Positions 1-12,835 of a DNA stretch of 64,000 nt are shown here, one piece after another. The DNA is from Octopus sinensis. Taxonomy: Eukaryota. The stretch covers positions 91,326,001 through 91,390,000 of the forward strand of contig NC_043001.1 in NCBI RefSeq assembly GCF_006345805.1, read 5' to 3'. Position 1 is the stretch's first letter. Each line of letters starts with the position of its first letter. The notes under the pieces are model-generated. The model saw only the letters and a list, made by a program, of their open reading frames with translations, had not been told where the DNA came from and made no database searches. A program made the translations under genes and the position numbers.

Positions 1-119
1 GAAATGTGGTGAAGCAGGAATGCTCAGCGATTAAAACAGCAAGGGTTGAATGCATGATTTACAGCAGGCGTTTTCCAATCAGTGAGTCACGGATATATGT
101 TTTGAGGGGAAGAGCAATA

Positions 120-305
120 GTCAACACAATCAACCCAGGGGTAATTGTATGATACTATGTTCTAGTGACCCTAGAATAATGAAAGGAAAATTGACCCTGA
201 TGGAATCTGATCTCAGAATGTAAAGAGTCAAAAGAAACACAGCAAAGCATTTTTCCGACGCTCTGACGATTCTGCCTAATAATAATAATAATAATAATAA
301 TATAA

Positions 306-338
<33 letters not shown>

Positions 339-1190
339 CCTTTCTACTATAGGCACAAAACCTGAAATTATGGTGGGAGGGGCTAGTCGACTACCTCAAC
401 CCCATGCTCAACTGGTACTTATTTTATCAACCCTGAAAGGATGAAAGACAAAGTCAACCTCGCTGGAATTTGAACGTAGAACGTAAAGACGAGCGGAATA
501 CCGCTAAGCATTTTCTAGGAGTACAAACGATTCTGCCAGCCCGTCGCCTTTATAATTTTTTCTACTATGTGTACCAGGAAGAGAGCAGTCTTACATTGAC
601 CTAAGTACTCAACTGGTACATATTTCATCCAAAAGAATGAAAGAAAAAATCGATCACGGCGGAATTTGAACTCAGAACGAAAAGAACAGGTAGAAATGCA
701 ACAATGATATCTGCCAGTCCGCTAAGGCATAACCATTAAAGTTTTGAGAGAGGTGCCTAGGCGATTACATCGACCCCGTTCCTCAACTGGTACTTATTTT
801 ATGAACCCCGAAAGAATGAAAGACAAAACTGATTTCGGTGGTTGACCTGAGAACGAAAAAAACGGAAGAAATGCAGCTAAACATTTTATCCGGCGTGATA
901 ACGATTATACCAGGTCGCTGCCTTCACTGGTTTCAAATTTTGGTACAAAGTTAGCATTTTTAGTGAGAAGTCAATTACATCGACCCCAGTATAGGACGGT
1001 TTCAAATTTTGGTACAAAGTCGACATTTTTAGGGAGAAATCGATCACATCGACCCCAGTATTCAACTGTTACTTGTTCTATCAACCACAAAAATTCTGAC
1101 AAAATGCTGAAAAGCTAAGTTGACTTTGGCAGGATTTGAGCTCAGAATGTAAGGAACTGGAAGAACTACCGCTAAGCATTTTGTCCGAAG
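120..1190 (-). mobile_element. Cluster of about five degenerate same-orientation SINE family A copies
   Basis: Repeated core actggtacttattttatcgaccccgaaaggatgaaaggcaaagtcgacctcggcggaatttgaactcagaacg, which recurs more than 20 times in the window. The tRNA-like head is GGCGAGCTGGCAGAATCGTTAG...GAGTTCAAATTCC. Confidence 0.8.
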
Positions 1191-1607
1191 GAAAGTGATG
1201 ATGGTTTATTCTGACAAAAAAATACTAAGAAGTTTACGTGTTCAGATAAGTGTGTCGTGGGTGGAGAAGAGGATACTTGTAAGTAAACATTTATTTGGAT
1301 TCCTTCGTTGGTGTGTTGGTTTTTTCCCCTCGTAAACATTACTTCCGTCAATTATTGTACATTTTTTTTTCTATCCTGTCCTCCACTTAATGTATTAGAT
1401 CGGCCTTCTTGTTACTACAGTGTCCGCTTTTCATCACAGCTTTCTAACTTAAATCAAACTCACGAGCTTCATTGTTCCAAAGGAGAGTTGTCTCATCTGC
1501 TTGACGCCCTGAAACCGGAGCTAAGTACCAGCTGTTAAGAGCCACTTGCAGTTACTAGAAATTTCTATATTGTACTTACATCTTAAACATGAACATAAAC
1601 TGAAATG

Positions 1608-1646
1608 CAAATAATAATAATAATAATAAAATAATAATAATAATAA

Positions 1647-1709
<63 letters not shown>

Positions 1710-1745
1710 TAATAATAATAATAATAATATAATAATAATTATTAT
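1608..1745. repeat. (TAA)n microsatellite
   Basis: Seen directly. Confidence 0.95.
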
Positions 1746-1929
1746 TATATTATTATAGTCAAGACGAAGAGCGCGATTCGATTGTAAGATATTTTATTAG
1801 TTAAACGATATTTCAACAGTACGTCTATCTTTGTCAAGTTCAAAATAAGAAGAGATAAAATTTCAAAATTACAGAAATTTAAATTACGTTTAAATTTCTG
1901 TAAGCTATACAGAAGAATTGGGAAGGAAT

Positions 1930-3002
1930 TCAATATGTATGAAGGACACCACCCAAGAGCAGGAGTAGCAAGATTATACCTATCTAGGAAGGTGGAAGAG
2001 GGTTAATATCAGTAGAAGACTGCGTGGAGTTAGAGCAGATACAGACTCCTATGCAGGTAATAGTAAAGAATTATTAAAAGCCACTAGAGTCACAGCAAGA
2101 CATAGAGAAACCAAAACACCAAACGAACTTAAAAATCAGAAAAAAGAACAGAAATTATCTGACTGGCAGGTGAAGACGTTGCATGGTAGATCCCCAAAGA
2201 TAGTTTCAGTAAATAGTAGTAGTGAGACACAGTTATGGCTGCAGAAAGGGAAGCTGAAGAGGGAGACAGAAAATTTGTTAGTAGCTGCACAAGATCAAGC
2301 ATTAAGGGCTAATTGGATAAAAGCCAAGATAGACAAAACCCAAGTAGATTTCCAATGTAGATTATGCAAATCAAAAGTGGTAAGCGTTACTCCTATAGTA
2401 AGTGAATGTAGCATGCTGACACAGAAAGAACACAAGAAAAGACATGACAATCTAGGGAGAGCAATCCACTGGGAGCAATGTAGAAAGCTAGGATTTGAAC
2501 ATACTGATAAATGAACCTAGTAATGTACTAGAAAATAAGAAGTACAAGATGTTGTGGGACTTTAACATTCAGACTGATAGAGTAATAGAAGCTAAAAGGC
2601 CTGATTTGGTGGTAGTAGATAAAGAGAGTAGAAAGTAACAGATAATTGACTTTACAACACCAAATGATGAAAAAATTTAATATGAGAAGTATAGAAAAAA
2701 TAGCAAAGTACCAGGGCCTAGATATTGAATTACAGAGGCTGTGGAAAGTGCGGGTAAAATGTATCCCAGTAGTTATATGTGCATTGGGAACTATCCCTAA
2801 AGACCTGAACAGATGGATAGAGGAAATAGGCACAAACCAAGTTTCGTACAGATGCAGAAAACAGTGTTATTAGGGACAGGAGGGTTCTTGGCATCTAAGG
2901 TTACTTGCTGTAACCCAATAGGGGGGTTTTGGCATCTAAGGCTACTTGTTGTAGCCCGATGTTAGGATTCTTTTCTTTTCCAACAATCCAATCTGTTGAG
3001 TG
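1930..3002 (+). mobile_element. 5'-truncated, decayed RLE-type non-LTR retrotransposon, R4/Dong clade (3' end)
   Basis: Broken frames give HPRAGVARLYLSRK.GGRGLISVEDC, the zinc knuckle CRLCK...IVSEC...RHD, WDFNIQTDRVIEAKRPDLVVVDK (PD-(D/E)xK endonuclease) and EKIAKYQ.L..ELQRLWK...IPVVI.ALG. A short 3' UTR ends in a (TAA)n tail. Confidence 0.9.
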
Positions 3003-3170
<168 letters not shown>

Positions 3171-3794
3171 GACAATATTGTAAGTCATGACACTGTAGTG
3201 ACAGGACGAGCAATTTGCTACATTGAAAATGGAGTAGGAAAAATAAAAATACATACAATGATTGACGGAGGATGATGTTTAGGGAGAGAAACATATCAAC
3301 GGAGGAATTGAAAATACTGTCCAATTACAAATGAAAACAAAACCTTGCAAATACAGAGATTAGAAATGTGGGAAATATGACAAACAGACGTTCCTGAAGT
3401 AATATGAGTTCTGGGGGAGATTTAAGATACAAACACAAAATAAATAACACCTAACATCTATTCACATCAAGTAAACGAAAGCATAGAGTAATTTTTTAAT
3501 GTTGAATTCACATCTTAAATCAGGTTCGTTTAGAGGAGACAAAACAAGCAGGCAAGACAGAATAGGGTGTATATATATATATATTGATTTTGATACGGAC
3601 ATACAACCTCGCAAGTACATTTATGTATTTATATATTTATAAATTAATACATTTTTATATTATATCATGTATTTATGAGTGCACTTATGTATGCTGTGAA
3701 GTATTCCGTTGCTTTGAAATATATTGAGTGAATATGAACACCGACCATTGAAATTTGTTTTCTCTTTTCTTGGTTTTATATATATATATACTCT

Positions 3795-4190
3795 TTACTC
3801 TTTTACTTGTTTCAGTTATGTGACTGTGGCCATGCTGGAGCACCGCCTTTAGTCGAGCAAATTGACCCGAGGACTTATTCTTTGTAAGCCTAGTACTTAT
3901 TCTATCGGTCTCTTTTTCCGAACCGCTAAGTTACGGGGACGTAAACACACCAGCATCGGTTGTCAAGCGATGCTGGGGGGACAAACACAGACACGCACAT
4001 ACATATATAGATATATACATATATACGACGGGCTTCTTTCAGTTTCCGTCTACCAAATCCACTCACAAGGCTTTGGTCGACCCAAGGCTATAGTAGAAGA
4101 CACTTGCCCAAGGTGCCACGCAGTGGGACTGAACCCAGAACCATGTGGTTCGTAAGCAAGTTACTTACCACACAGCCACTCCTACGCCTA
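3795..4190 (-). mobile_element. SINE family B full-length copy
   Basis: tRNA-like head GGCGTAGGAGTGGCTGTGTGGTAAG...GGGTTCAGTCCCAC, internal TA/CA microsatellite, tail gactgaaacaagtaaaagagtaaag. Confidence 0.85.
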
Positions 4191-4227
4191 TATATAATAT
4201 GATATAATATAATATAATATAATATAA

Positions 4228-4625
4228 TCTTTATATATAAAAGTCAAGTTGTGTGTCTGTCTCCTACGATTTAGATTCCTAACTACTCCCACATTTTGCG
4301 GTGCAGTTTAACCAAAACCGGGTATCTTATAGTCGTGATTCATATCGAGCCCTTCTGGGTATTAGTGCGCGTCTACGATGAGTCTACGATTTAAAAAAAA
4401 ATTACCATCATTTTTTTCCATTTTAATGCATTTTTTCGCTATTATATAAGGGAAGTAACTCTCTAAAAATGTCTACGATGAGTCAACGATTTAAAAAAAA
4501 ATTTACCATCATTTCTTTTCCATTTTTAAAGCATTTTTTTGCTATTTTTTGGGCTATAACTCTCTAAAAATGCTTATATAGTTATTTCCCTTACAAACCC
4601 GAGCAACGCCGGGCGATACTGCTAG
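4228..4625 (+). mobile_element. Non-autonomous Helitron (398 bp)
   Basis: Begins A|TCTTTATATATAAAAG and ends with hairpin CCCGagcaacgcCGGG (4598-4613) then CTAG|T. No TSD. Internal direct repeat of about 75 bp (4371-4441 and 4471-4545). Confidence 0.85.
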
Positions 4626-4922
4626 TTTAATATAATATATGTATATATAATATAATATATATATACATACATGAATATATGGGTACAGAACGTCACCAAC
4701 GGCGCAAATAACATACACACGAGAGATAGAGACAAGACGTGGACAGTAATTACAGGACAAAAACTAGTGAAATACGTAAATAAACGAGGGGAGTACGAGT
4801 GAAATACGTAAACAACGAGAAAAAATGGGAAATAGGACGAGCTAACACAAGAAAAATACCCTTCATCAGTTGTTGCTGTCCTCATTTCGAATATATGTGT
4901 ATGTGTGTGTGTGTGTGTGTGT

Positions 4923-5180
4923 AATCGACTTAATCCGTTTGTCTGTCCTTGTTTGTCCCTTATGTGTGTAGCCCCCTTGTGGGTAGTAAAGAAATAGGTA
5001 TTTCGTCTGAAGTTACGTTCTGAGTTCAAATTTTGCCGGGGTCAACTTTGCCTTTCATCCTTCCGGGGTCGATAAATTAAGTACCAATTACGCACTGGGA
5101 TCGATGTAATCGACTTATTCCCTTTGTCTGTCCTTGTTTGTCCCCTCTATGTTTAGCCCCTTGTGGGCAATAAAGAAATA
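4923..5180 (+). mobile_element. SINE family A partial copies
   Basis: Core and tail ...gcccttgtgggcaataaagaaata. Confidence 0.8.
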
Positions 5181-5349
5181 AGAAATATTGCATAATGTAG
5201 CCCTAGATATGTAATGTCCGAAAGAAGGATGGTATGGCCATGGCCAGAATACTCTTGACCTTATTCCTGTCCAGCGTGTCACTCAACAACTACAACAAAA
5301 AGAACAACATCAACAGCGACAGAAATGGCAACAGCAGCAACAACAAGTG

Positions 5350-5560
5350 GAGGCGCAATGGCCCAATAATTAGGGCAGCGGACTCGCGGTCGGAGGATCG
5401 TGGTTTCGATTCCCAGACCGGGCGTTGTGTGTGTTTATTGAGCGAAAATACCTAAAGCTCCACGAGACTCCGGCAGCGGGTGGTGGAGTCCCCAGTCGTA
5501 CTCTTTCGCTCCAACTTTCTAACACTTTTTCTTCCTTTTTTTTTGTCCCCGACTTCCTAC
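5350..5560 (+). mobile_element. SINE family C copy (tRNA-derived head)
   Basis: Head GGAGGCGCAATGGCCCA...GGTTTCGATTCCCAGA with A/B-box-like motifs. The same head occurs at 31915 and 62735. Confidence 0.8.
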
Positions 5561-6215
5561 GCAACCGCTGAGCCTGGATGTATATTCATCCATCCATCGA
5601 TGCTCTCGGTGTCAGGGGTTTACCTGCTTTCTCTTCTGCGGGTCTTACGAATAGCAAAGGACCACGTTTCGGACTTCTCCCATCTTGCGAGCTCTGGGAC
5701 GAAGACCGTTCGCTCGACTGCAACAGCAGCAGCAACAACAACAACAGTGCTTCTGTCGAGAAATGCACACGAATATGAGACAGCAAGTGTTTTTCCCCAT
5801 ACGCGATATTGAACAAATACCGGCCACCAATCCCTCGATACTGCTGCTATTTGTAATATTGATTCGTACATCGCTTCCTCTAAGTAGCTATTTAAATATC
5901 TGAGGGCTCACTCATTTAAAATTAAGTGTTTCGAATATGTACTCAAAGCAGCGCTTCTGCAGTGCTTGAACCAGCGCCAATCTATTCGTTCTTTGATATT
6001 CAGTCAACTTGACAGCCAACCACTCACCATTCAGCTTATTGTAAAGACATAAATGAATATTAATATGGCCATCCTGTTAGCATGTACATCCTGATAGATC
6101 ATACGAGCAGCTGTTGTTCAATTGTACATATTTAATTATGATAAATCCGTGTTATTGTTACATGAAAAGGAAGTTATTTAAAGAGCTATTGAAGTAAGAA
6201 GTAGAAGCAGCGCTA

Positions 6216-6733
6216 GTGTTGTAAACATTATCGAACTATGTGTTTTGCTGGTTCGCCTGTCGGCTGCGATTTAGCGCTGTGGAGATGACTCCATCAAAGC
6301 AGTGGGTGTTAAAACACTTTCGGTTGCAAGTTCAAATGTTCTTGTTAGCCTCTGTTATGTTGACCCATCCAACAGGTACCTCATGAAAATGAAATCGTCA
6401 AGTGATTCCCTACAATCCAATAACAGACGATATTCACGTTTTCGTATTTGCACTCCATACTTATACAAAGCTTTAACATTCCCGAATATACATACTCAAT
6501 GTAGGAACTCCGCTTGTTCGTCAGTGGGCTGCATATAGCGCGGTGGAGATGATTCCATCAAAGCGCTGGGTGTTAAAACACTTGAAAGTCATAGACAAGC
6601 GAGACAACACACCCCAAATCCCATCCACGAACGATGGACATCAATGTTTCACCATTATGGTGGCTTATCGGCATCACGTACCTGAAATGAATTCCTACTG
6701 ACGAGTATATGTGTTCGATAATGTTTACAACAC
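6216..6733. mobile_element. Possible MITE-like element with 21-bp terminal inverted repeats
   Basis: gtgttgtaaacattatcgaac (6216-6236) and its exact reverse complement (6713-6733). Internal direct repeat of about 46 bp (6275-6320 and 6538-6583). No TSD found. Confidence 0.4.
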
Positions 6734-7039
6734 GGCTTTTAATTAATTTTTAAATTTATTCTTACATATCCATTGTCAGGTTCAACCGATAAATCTCTGC
6801 TATAATACTCAACGTTGAGAAAAGAGTAACTTTGAGTAACTTTGAGAATCGAAGTGAGAAAGGGTCTTCATTATATAACAAATTTCTACGGAAAAGTAGC
6901 GTAAGAACTCTGCGAACCTGATCCAAGATAGGAATGTAGGTTTCACGGCGAGAATTGACAAAAGGATTCTCCATTACTTGTCGGTTAGTTTCCAATAGTC
7001 TGACTAATCACTCAGTGCTCTAAATGTCGTGGCAATTCT

Positions 7040-7260
7040 CGTTATTTTGGCTTCTCCCAAACAAACTGATTGGTCCTTTGAAGTTCAATGTCATGTTGTT
7101 TCATCGCACGCCACATACTTTTGTGGGTATCCAGCTTCTTTTGGTCCACATCAAGATCTTTAATGCAAGAGGATATCAATTAGCTCGCTAACATTCATAA
7201 TCAGTGAAGAAAATTGTAGCATTTTTGTCAGAAGAAGACTGTAGTGGAACAACGTGATTT
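7040..7260 (-). mobile_element. Possible highly decayed LINE reverse-transcriptase fragment
   Basis: Broken frames IFFTDYE...LDTHKSMWRAMKQHDI resemble the RT motif FIDYEKAFDS.HR.S.W.I.K.YGI. Confidence 0.3.
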
Positions 7261-7670
7261 CCCCTCATGTTGTGTCTCCAATGACTTGATATTCTCTCTA
7301 AAATGTGTTAGAATATCCGAAATTCACGGGAGCGTACAATGCACAGCGTAACACGAAGCTTACAGATAGATCCAGCGTGTATTGGATAAGATTTTCAGCT
7401 CCTCCGCCTGACCACCTTTTCCTTCCTGTAACTACATAAATTACTGAAGCATAGTGAACAGGTCCATGAACAACTAAAATTGCTGCAAAATGGCGAAAAA
7501 TTCTCATTGCATCGTTTACAATTTTTATGCAGTCACCCATTACTAGGTTGAATAATTGAGCGTGTCAGTAGATAGATAGCAAATGAGACAGCAGTACCTA
7601 TCTTCACTTAACACCAGAGTTTTTTTCTGCTTATGGTTCAGACTCCAAAATGGTAGTATTGGGTGGCGTA

Positions 7671-8236
7671 TTGGGTTGTCCGGAAAGTTTGTGCCGATTT
7701 ATAATAGCTTACCTTTCGACTTATTTTAGAACATGGTTGAGTCCATAAAATAGGATTTGACTACACCTCCATTTAGAGCACAGTTTAAGCTATCTTTTCG
7801 TGGAAGAAGATTTATGTTCCTATAGCCTGTGTTAATTCGGTAACCTTTTAAAATGGAAGATAAGAAAGTTCATTTTCGGCACTTGATGCTTTGGGAACCA
7901 GACAAAAATTGCTGCAGCTTGGCTGGGATGTGTTACCCCACCCTCCATATTCACCAGATATTGCTCCTTCGGATTTCCACTTATTCAGGTTTCTGCAGAA
8001 TAGTCTTAATGGTAAAAATTTCAATTTCTTAGACGACGTAAAAAGATACCTTGATGAATTATTTTCCATGAAACCACGTCAATTCTGGGAAAAGGGTATT
8101 TTCAAGTTAAAAGAAAGAAGGAGACGCATTGTGCAACAAAATGGTTCATATTTGGTTGATTAAAAATGTAATGGCAAGTATTTATTGACCTTTTTCTTTC
8201 CTTTAAAAATCGGCACGAACTCTCCGGACAACCCGA
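7671..8236 (+). mobile_element. Internally deleted mariner element (566 bp)
   Basis: TIRs ttgggttgtccggaaagtttgtgccgattt and aaatcggcacgaactctccggacaacccga, with TA TSD on both sides. The N-terminus MEDKKVHFRHLMLWE is fused to the C-terminal TRQKLLQLGWDVLPHPPYSPDIAPSDFHLF. Confidence 0.92.
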
Positions 8237-9332
8237 TATATCAATACCAATAGATCTCACTATTGACAATGTGCACTGCAGAAGTGATTGAACGTGAAGT
8301 TCGGAAACTTGCTCTCTAACCAATCGTGTTTTTCTTTTACTGATTATATTATCGAAAAACGTGGGGCAAACTAGAGCTGTTTAGTTTCCGAAATGTCTAT
8401 TATGTTATCTACAATTGATTCAAAAGAGCCTTAGATACTTCTTCGGTTATTTCATCTTTGATTACTGGTCTCTTGATGGAAATTCATTCTGAACATTGTG
8501 AATGAAATTCATAATATTGTGGTTATGGTAGGTGTTTGAATAACCGTTTGCTCAGTCAAAGTTAAGCCACCACCACCACCATAACAACTACAACAACATT
8601 AAATAGTTCTTTATGTTGCCAATTTGTCAATTTGTAACTATGTCACTGAGTCATCTCTGCACCGATAAGAAAGTAACAATCTCCGACCTATGAGTTCACT
8701 ATCTGATATCTCATTTGATATCTCATGTAAGCTCGTTGAGGAGATGATCAGAGAAAAGTAGAAAACCAGATCAATAGGCGGTTGTTGTTGTTATTGTTAT
8801 TCTCTTTTAGATCCTGGACAACAGCAATCGAATCAAATATTCCAGAGAATGACATTCTAGTCAGTACTATTTCGTCTTTTGTGGGTAACGTGTCCCGCCC
8901 TTTATATACAACGGTGGGATGTGATTCGATAGTAATTTAGCTGCTATTTCTAGGTGATCGAGCATCCCCACGTAGCTGTCCCAGAATTCCATCGAAAAGC
9001 TGTTAAAAAAAAGTAGGTATACAGCTGTTGAAGTCTTAGTAGTAATATTCGTAATTGTATGACAACATGGATATTTATAGTGGCTCAAGGTATTGTATTG
9101 CTCAATCATATAAATGAGAAAAACTTACTGAACCATTTATCAATGCATCGATTATTTGTAACAGACTGTTCGTAGCATGCTATCCTGAGCCTACTGACAT
9201 AAATACACACACACACACACACATACACACATAGTTATCAACAAATGTATATTTGCACTAAGCTCTCTCCTACACTATATATATGTTTGTATTTATGTCT
9301 TCTATGCATCTCTCTCTCTCCCTCTCTCTCGC

Positions 9333-9385
<53 letters not shown>

Positions 9386-9498
9386 CACGTGATCACGTGA
9401 CCGACCAGACAATCAGATGTTTTACACATCGCTGGTCACAATGCGTTCGCATTGTTTTATCCTTCGAATGACGCCACCCCGCTGGCTAAGCGAGCAGG

Positions 9499-9570
<72 letters not shown>

Positions 9571-9571
<1 letters not shown>

Positions 9572-10505
9572 GGCGGCGAGCTGGCAGAATCGTTAGCACG
9601 CCGGGCGAAATGCGTAGCCGTATTTCGTCTGCCGTTACGTTCTGAGTTCAAATTCTGCCGAGTTCGACTTTCATCCTTTCGGGGTCGATTAAATAAGTAT
9701 CAGTTACGCACTGGGGTCGATGTAATCGACTTAATCCGTTTGTCTGTCCTTGTTTGTCCCCTCTGTGTGTAGCCCCTTGTGGGCAGTAAAGAAATAGGTA
9801 TTTCGTCTGCGGTTCGAATGCTGCCTCTGAGGACCATCTCTCCTTACTAGGAGTGATAGATATTCACTCGTGGTTGTTTCAGCAGCAATGCAGAAAATGG
9901 ATAGTGCAGGGGTAATACATCTAATATCCTTTTTTTCTCAACCTGACTTGAGACCAGCTATGACGGTGTTGATATGTATAACTGTGTACAAGGCGGCGAG
10001 CTAGCAGAATCGTTAGCAGGCCGAGCAAAATACTTAGCGGTATTTCGTCCGTCTTTACATTCAGAGCTCAAATTCTACCGAACTCGACTTCGCCCTTCAT
10101 AATTTCGGGGTCGCTAAAATAAGCACCAGTTGAGTACTGGGATCGATGTAATCGACTTACACAATTGCAAGTCTTGCACCAAAAGTTGAAGGTAATAATG
10201 CTTGTTAAAAGCCGATGAGCTGGCAGAATCGTTAGCACGTCAGGCAAAATTTTTAACAGCATTTCGTTTGTGTTTACGTTCTGAGTTCAAATACTGCCGA
10301 GGTCGATTTTGCCTTTCATCCTTTCGGGGTCGATTAAATAAGTACCAGTTACGCACTGGGGTCGATATAATCGACTTAATCCGTTTTTCTGTCATTGTTT
10401 GTCCTCTGTGTGTTTAGCCCCTTGTGGGTAGTAAAGAAATAGGTATTTCGTCTGACTTTACGTTGTGAGTTCAAATTCCACCGAGGTCGACTTTGCCTTT
10501 CATCC
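9571..10505 (+). mobile_element. Three SINE family A copies
   Basis: Heads at about 9571, 9991 and 10213, each with the shared core. Confidence 0.85.
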
Positions 10506-10932
10506 TACGCTGCATTCTTTCGATGTAAACTTAAATCTTTTGAAGACAATGTTTGTTTCGAATAATACAAATGTATGGTTGATGGAGAAGGTCATCAACA
10601 AAGGGCCGCTATGTATGTGGCCCAACATTAAGTGTGTTGTGCAATTTTGAATAAAGTCTTGGGGCGGTTTTTGTGAAAAGAAATGTTGAAAATGGAGCTT
10701 CAGATGCAAGGAATGGGTAAAAAGAGCATTGTTTTAGGAAGGAACTGTGGAAGAGAAGTATAGATTCCTTAAATAGAATTGGGAACTTTCAATAATTCAG
10801 ATCTTTTATAGATTCCTTTATACCAGACGATGATCGTATTTACTGCAAGATTTGGAAACTTTATCATAAATGGAATTATTTTTTAGCAATAACAAATATC
10901 TAATACAGAAAGCGGGAAAAAATGTTGTAATA

Positions 10933-11003
10933 TTGCCAGCGAGATTCGAACGCTGCGACTGCTGTAATCCACAAAGCTATACTAACGCTTACACCAAAGC
11001 GAC
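10933..11003 (-). pseudogene. tRNA-like Pol III unit (tRNA pseudogene or solitary SINE head)
   Basis: A-box-like TGGTGTAAGCGTTAG, B-box GTTCGAATC, TTGTGGA resembling a His anticodon loop, downstream T-run. Cloverleaf is imperfect. Confidence 0.3.
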
Positions 11004-11064
11004 ATCGCAACACTTCACGTCCAAATTACAATGCTTAACAACTACGTAGGTAAGTTTACGCATA

Positions 11065-11475
11065 GGCGCAGGAGTGGCTGTGTGGTAAGTAGCTTGCTAA
11101 CCAACCACATGGTTCCAGGTTCAGTCCCACTGTGTTGCATCTTGGGCAAGTGTCTTCTGCTATAGCCCCGGGCTGACCAATGCCTTGTGAGTGGATTTGG
11201 TAGACGGAAACTGAAAGAAGCCTGTCGGATATATGTATACATATATATATGTGTGTATATGTTTGTGTGTCTGTGTTTGTCCCCCTAGCATTGCTTGACA
11301 ACCGATGCTGGTGTGTTTACGTCCCCGTTACTTAGCGGTTCGGCAAACAGACCGATAGAATAAGTACTGGGCTTACAAAGAATAAGTCCCGGGGTCGATT
11401 TGCTCGACTAAAGGCGGTGCTCCAGCATGGCCGCAGTCAAATGACTGGAACAAGTAAAAGAGTAAAAAGAGAGTA
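11065..11475 (+). mobile_element. SINE family B full-length copy
   Basis: Head, internal microsatellite and tail as at 3795-4190. Confidence 0.85.
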
Positions 11476-11547
11476 TTAGGGCCAGTGGCCTTTCAACCGG
11501 AATCTCAATATACACAGTATCAAACAACAATATATGTATATAATTTG

Positions 11548-11584
<37 letters not shown>

Positions 11585-12351
11585 ACACAAACACACACAC
11601 ACACGCGCGGCGTTATTAACCTTTGAAATAAAATCTGTAAAGTTTTTATGATTTGTGCTTCAAAATTGTTGTACCTCTTACCAACGATTTTTATTGCCAA
11701 TAAAATAACTTTCAAATGAAGTTCATTTCAAGAGTTCTACTAAATAAAGCCATAAAAATGTCAATGTGTCAATATTCAATAAACTGCTATTATTTATAAT
11801 TACACTGTCATTACAACTATAGTACTTGATAAACATTATCTTTCTCTGTAGGTTAGTCACATTAAGGAATGACTTTAGCAGGTCTTTGTAATGGTGAAAG
11901 AACATTCTCGTGGTCTTTTCTAGGTGGTTATTTCACTAATGAGGACATGACATGGGAATTTCACTTCCTTCGTTCTGACCATATGTTCTGTCATAGCTGG
12001 TATTTCATGATTACTTCTATGCTTCCACTGTTGGCTTCTTCTAGGAAAGCATTGCTGGTTTTGTAGCCTGTCCTTTTGATATTTAAGATGGCGCAGAGTT
12101 TTTTTTTTTTTTTTTTTTTTGTCTTTTGCTGGTGAAAAACGTTCCAGCTTTTTCATAGCCGTTGCGATGACATTGAAAAAAGCGTAAGTTTCGTTTTTGG
12201 AGTGGTTAGATGTTTGTTCTCTGTAAGTGTTCAGAAATGCTGCAATGGGTAGATCTAATTCTGCGTTCCACACCTTTTTGCAGAAGTTCATTTATTGGAC
12301 TGAACACTTTCAAAATAAGGAAAATGATCGACTTGTCCAACTGGCGTAAGC

Positions 12352-12505
12352 GTGGCTGTGTGGTAACTAGCTTGCTTACGAACTACATGGTTCCGGGTTC
12401 AGTCCCACTACGTGGCACCTTGGGCAAGTGTCTTCTACTATAGCCTAGGGCCGACCAGAGCCTTGTGAGTGGATTTGGTAGACGGAAACTGAAAGAATCC
12501 CGTCG

Positions 12506-12541
<36 letters not shown>

Positions 12542-12590
12542 CATGTATGTGTATATGTTTGTGTGTCTGTGTTTGTAAAAGAGTAAAAGA
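12352..12590 (+). mobile_element. SINE family B, 5' half
   Basis: Head to internal microsatellite. Confidence 0.75.
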
Positions 12591-12594
12591 ATAA

Positions 12595-12790
12595 AAGAGG
12601 TGTATCAGATATGGTGATGTTGAAATGAGGGAGGTTGGTCCTTGAAGCAGGTTGAGTGAGGACTTTGGCCTTTTCTATATTCACTGTGAGACCATGATAC
12701 ATCTGCCGCCAGTCTGCTGGTCCTGACTAGAAGCTTCAAGCAACTCCAAACCGGTTTCTATCGTCTTTGTCCCAGCGATGTTGAGTTTTT
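12595..12790 (-). mobile_element. RTE-like LINE RT fragment
   Basis: HGLTVNIEKAKVLTQPA...HFNITISDTPL resembles the post-YADD region of RTE-clade RT. Confidence 0.5.
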
Positions 12791-12835
12791 CAAGTAAAAT
12801 AAGATAAAAACATTGAAGGAAATAGCGTTTATAAT

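Noticed and set aside
4860-4895. Permuted hammerhead-like motif (minus: ATATTC-GAAA...CTGATGA-A-GGGTAT)
   Set aside because: No U16.1/H17 cleavage site or stem I/III pairing between GAAA and CTGATGA. At most a broken remnant.
11920-12291. 123-aa ORF with faint BESS/MADF-like (Harbinger ORF1) flavour
   Set aside because: The similarity is impressionistic, the ORF is interrupted by poly-A, and no TIRs were found.
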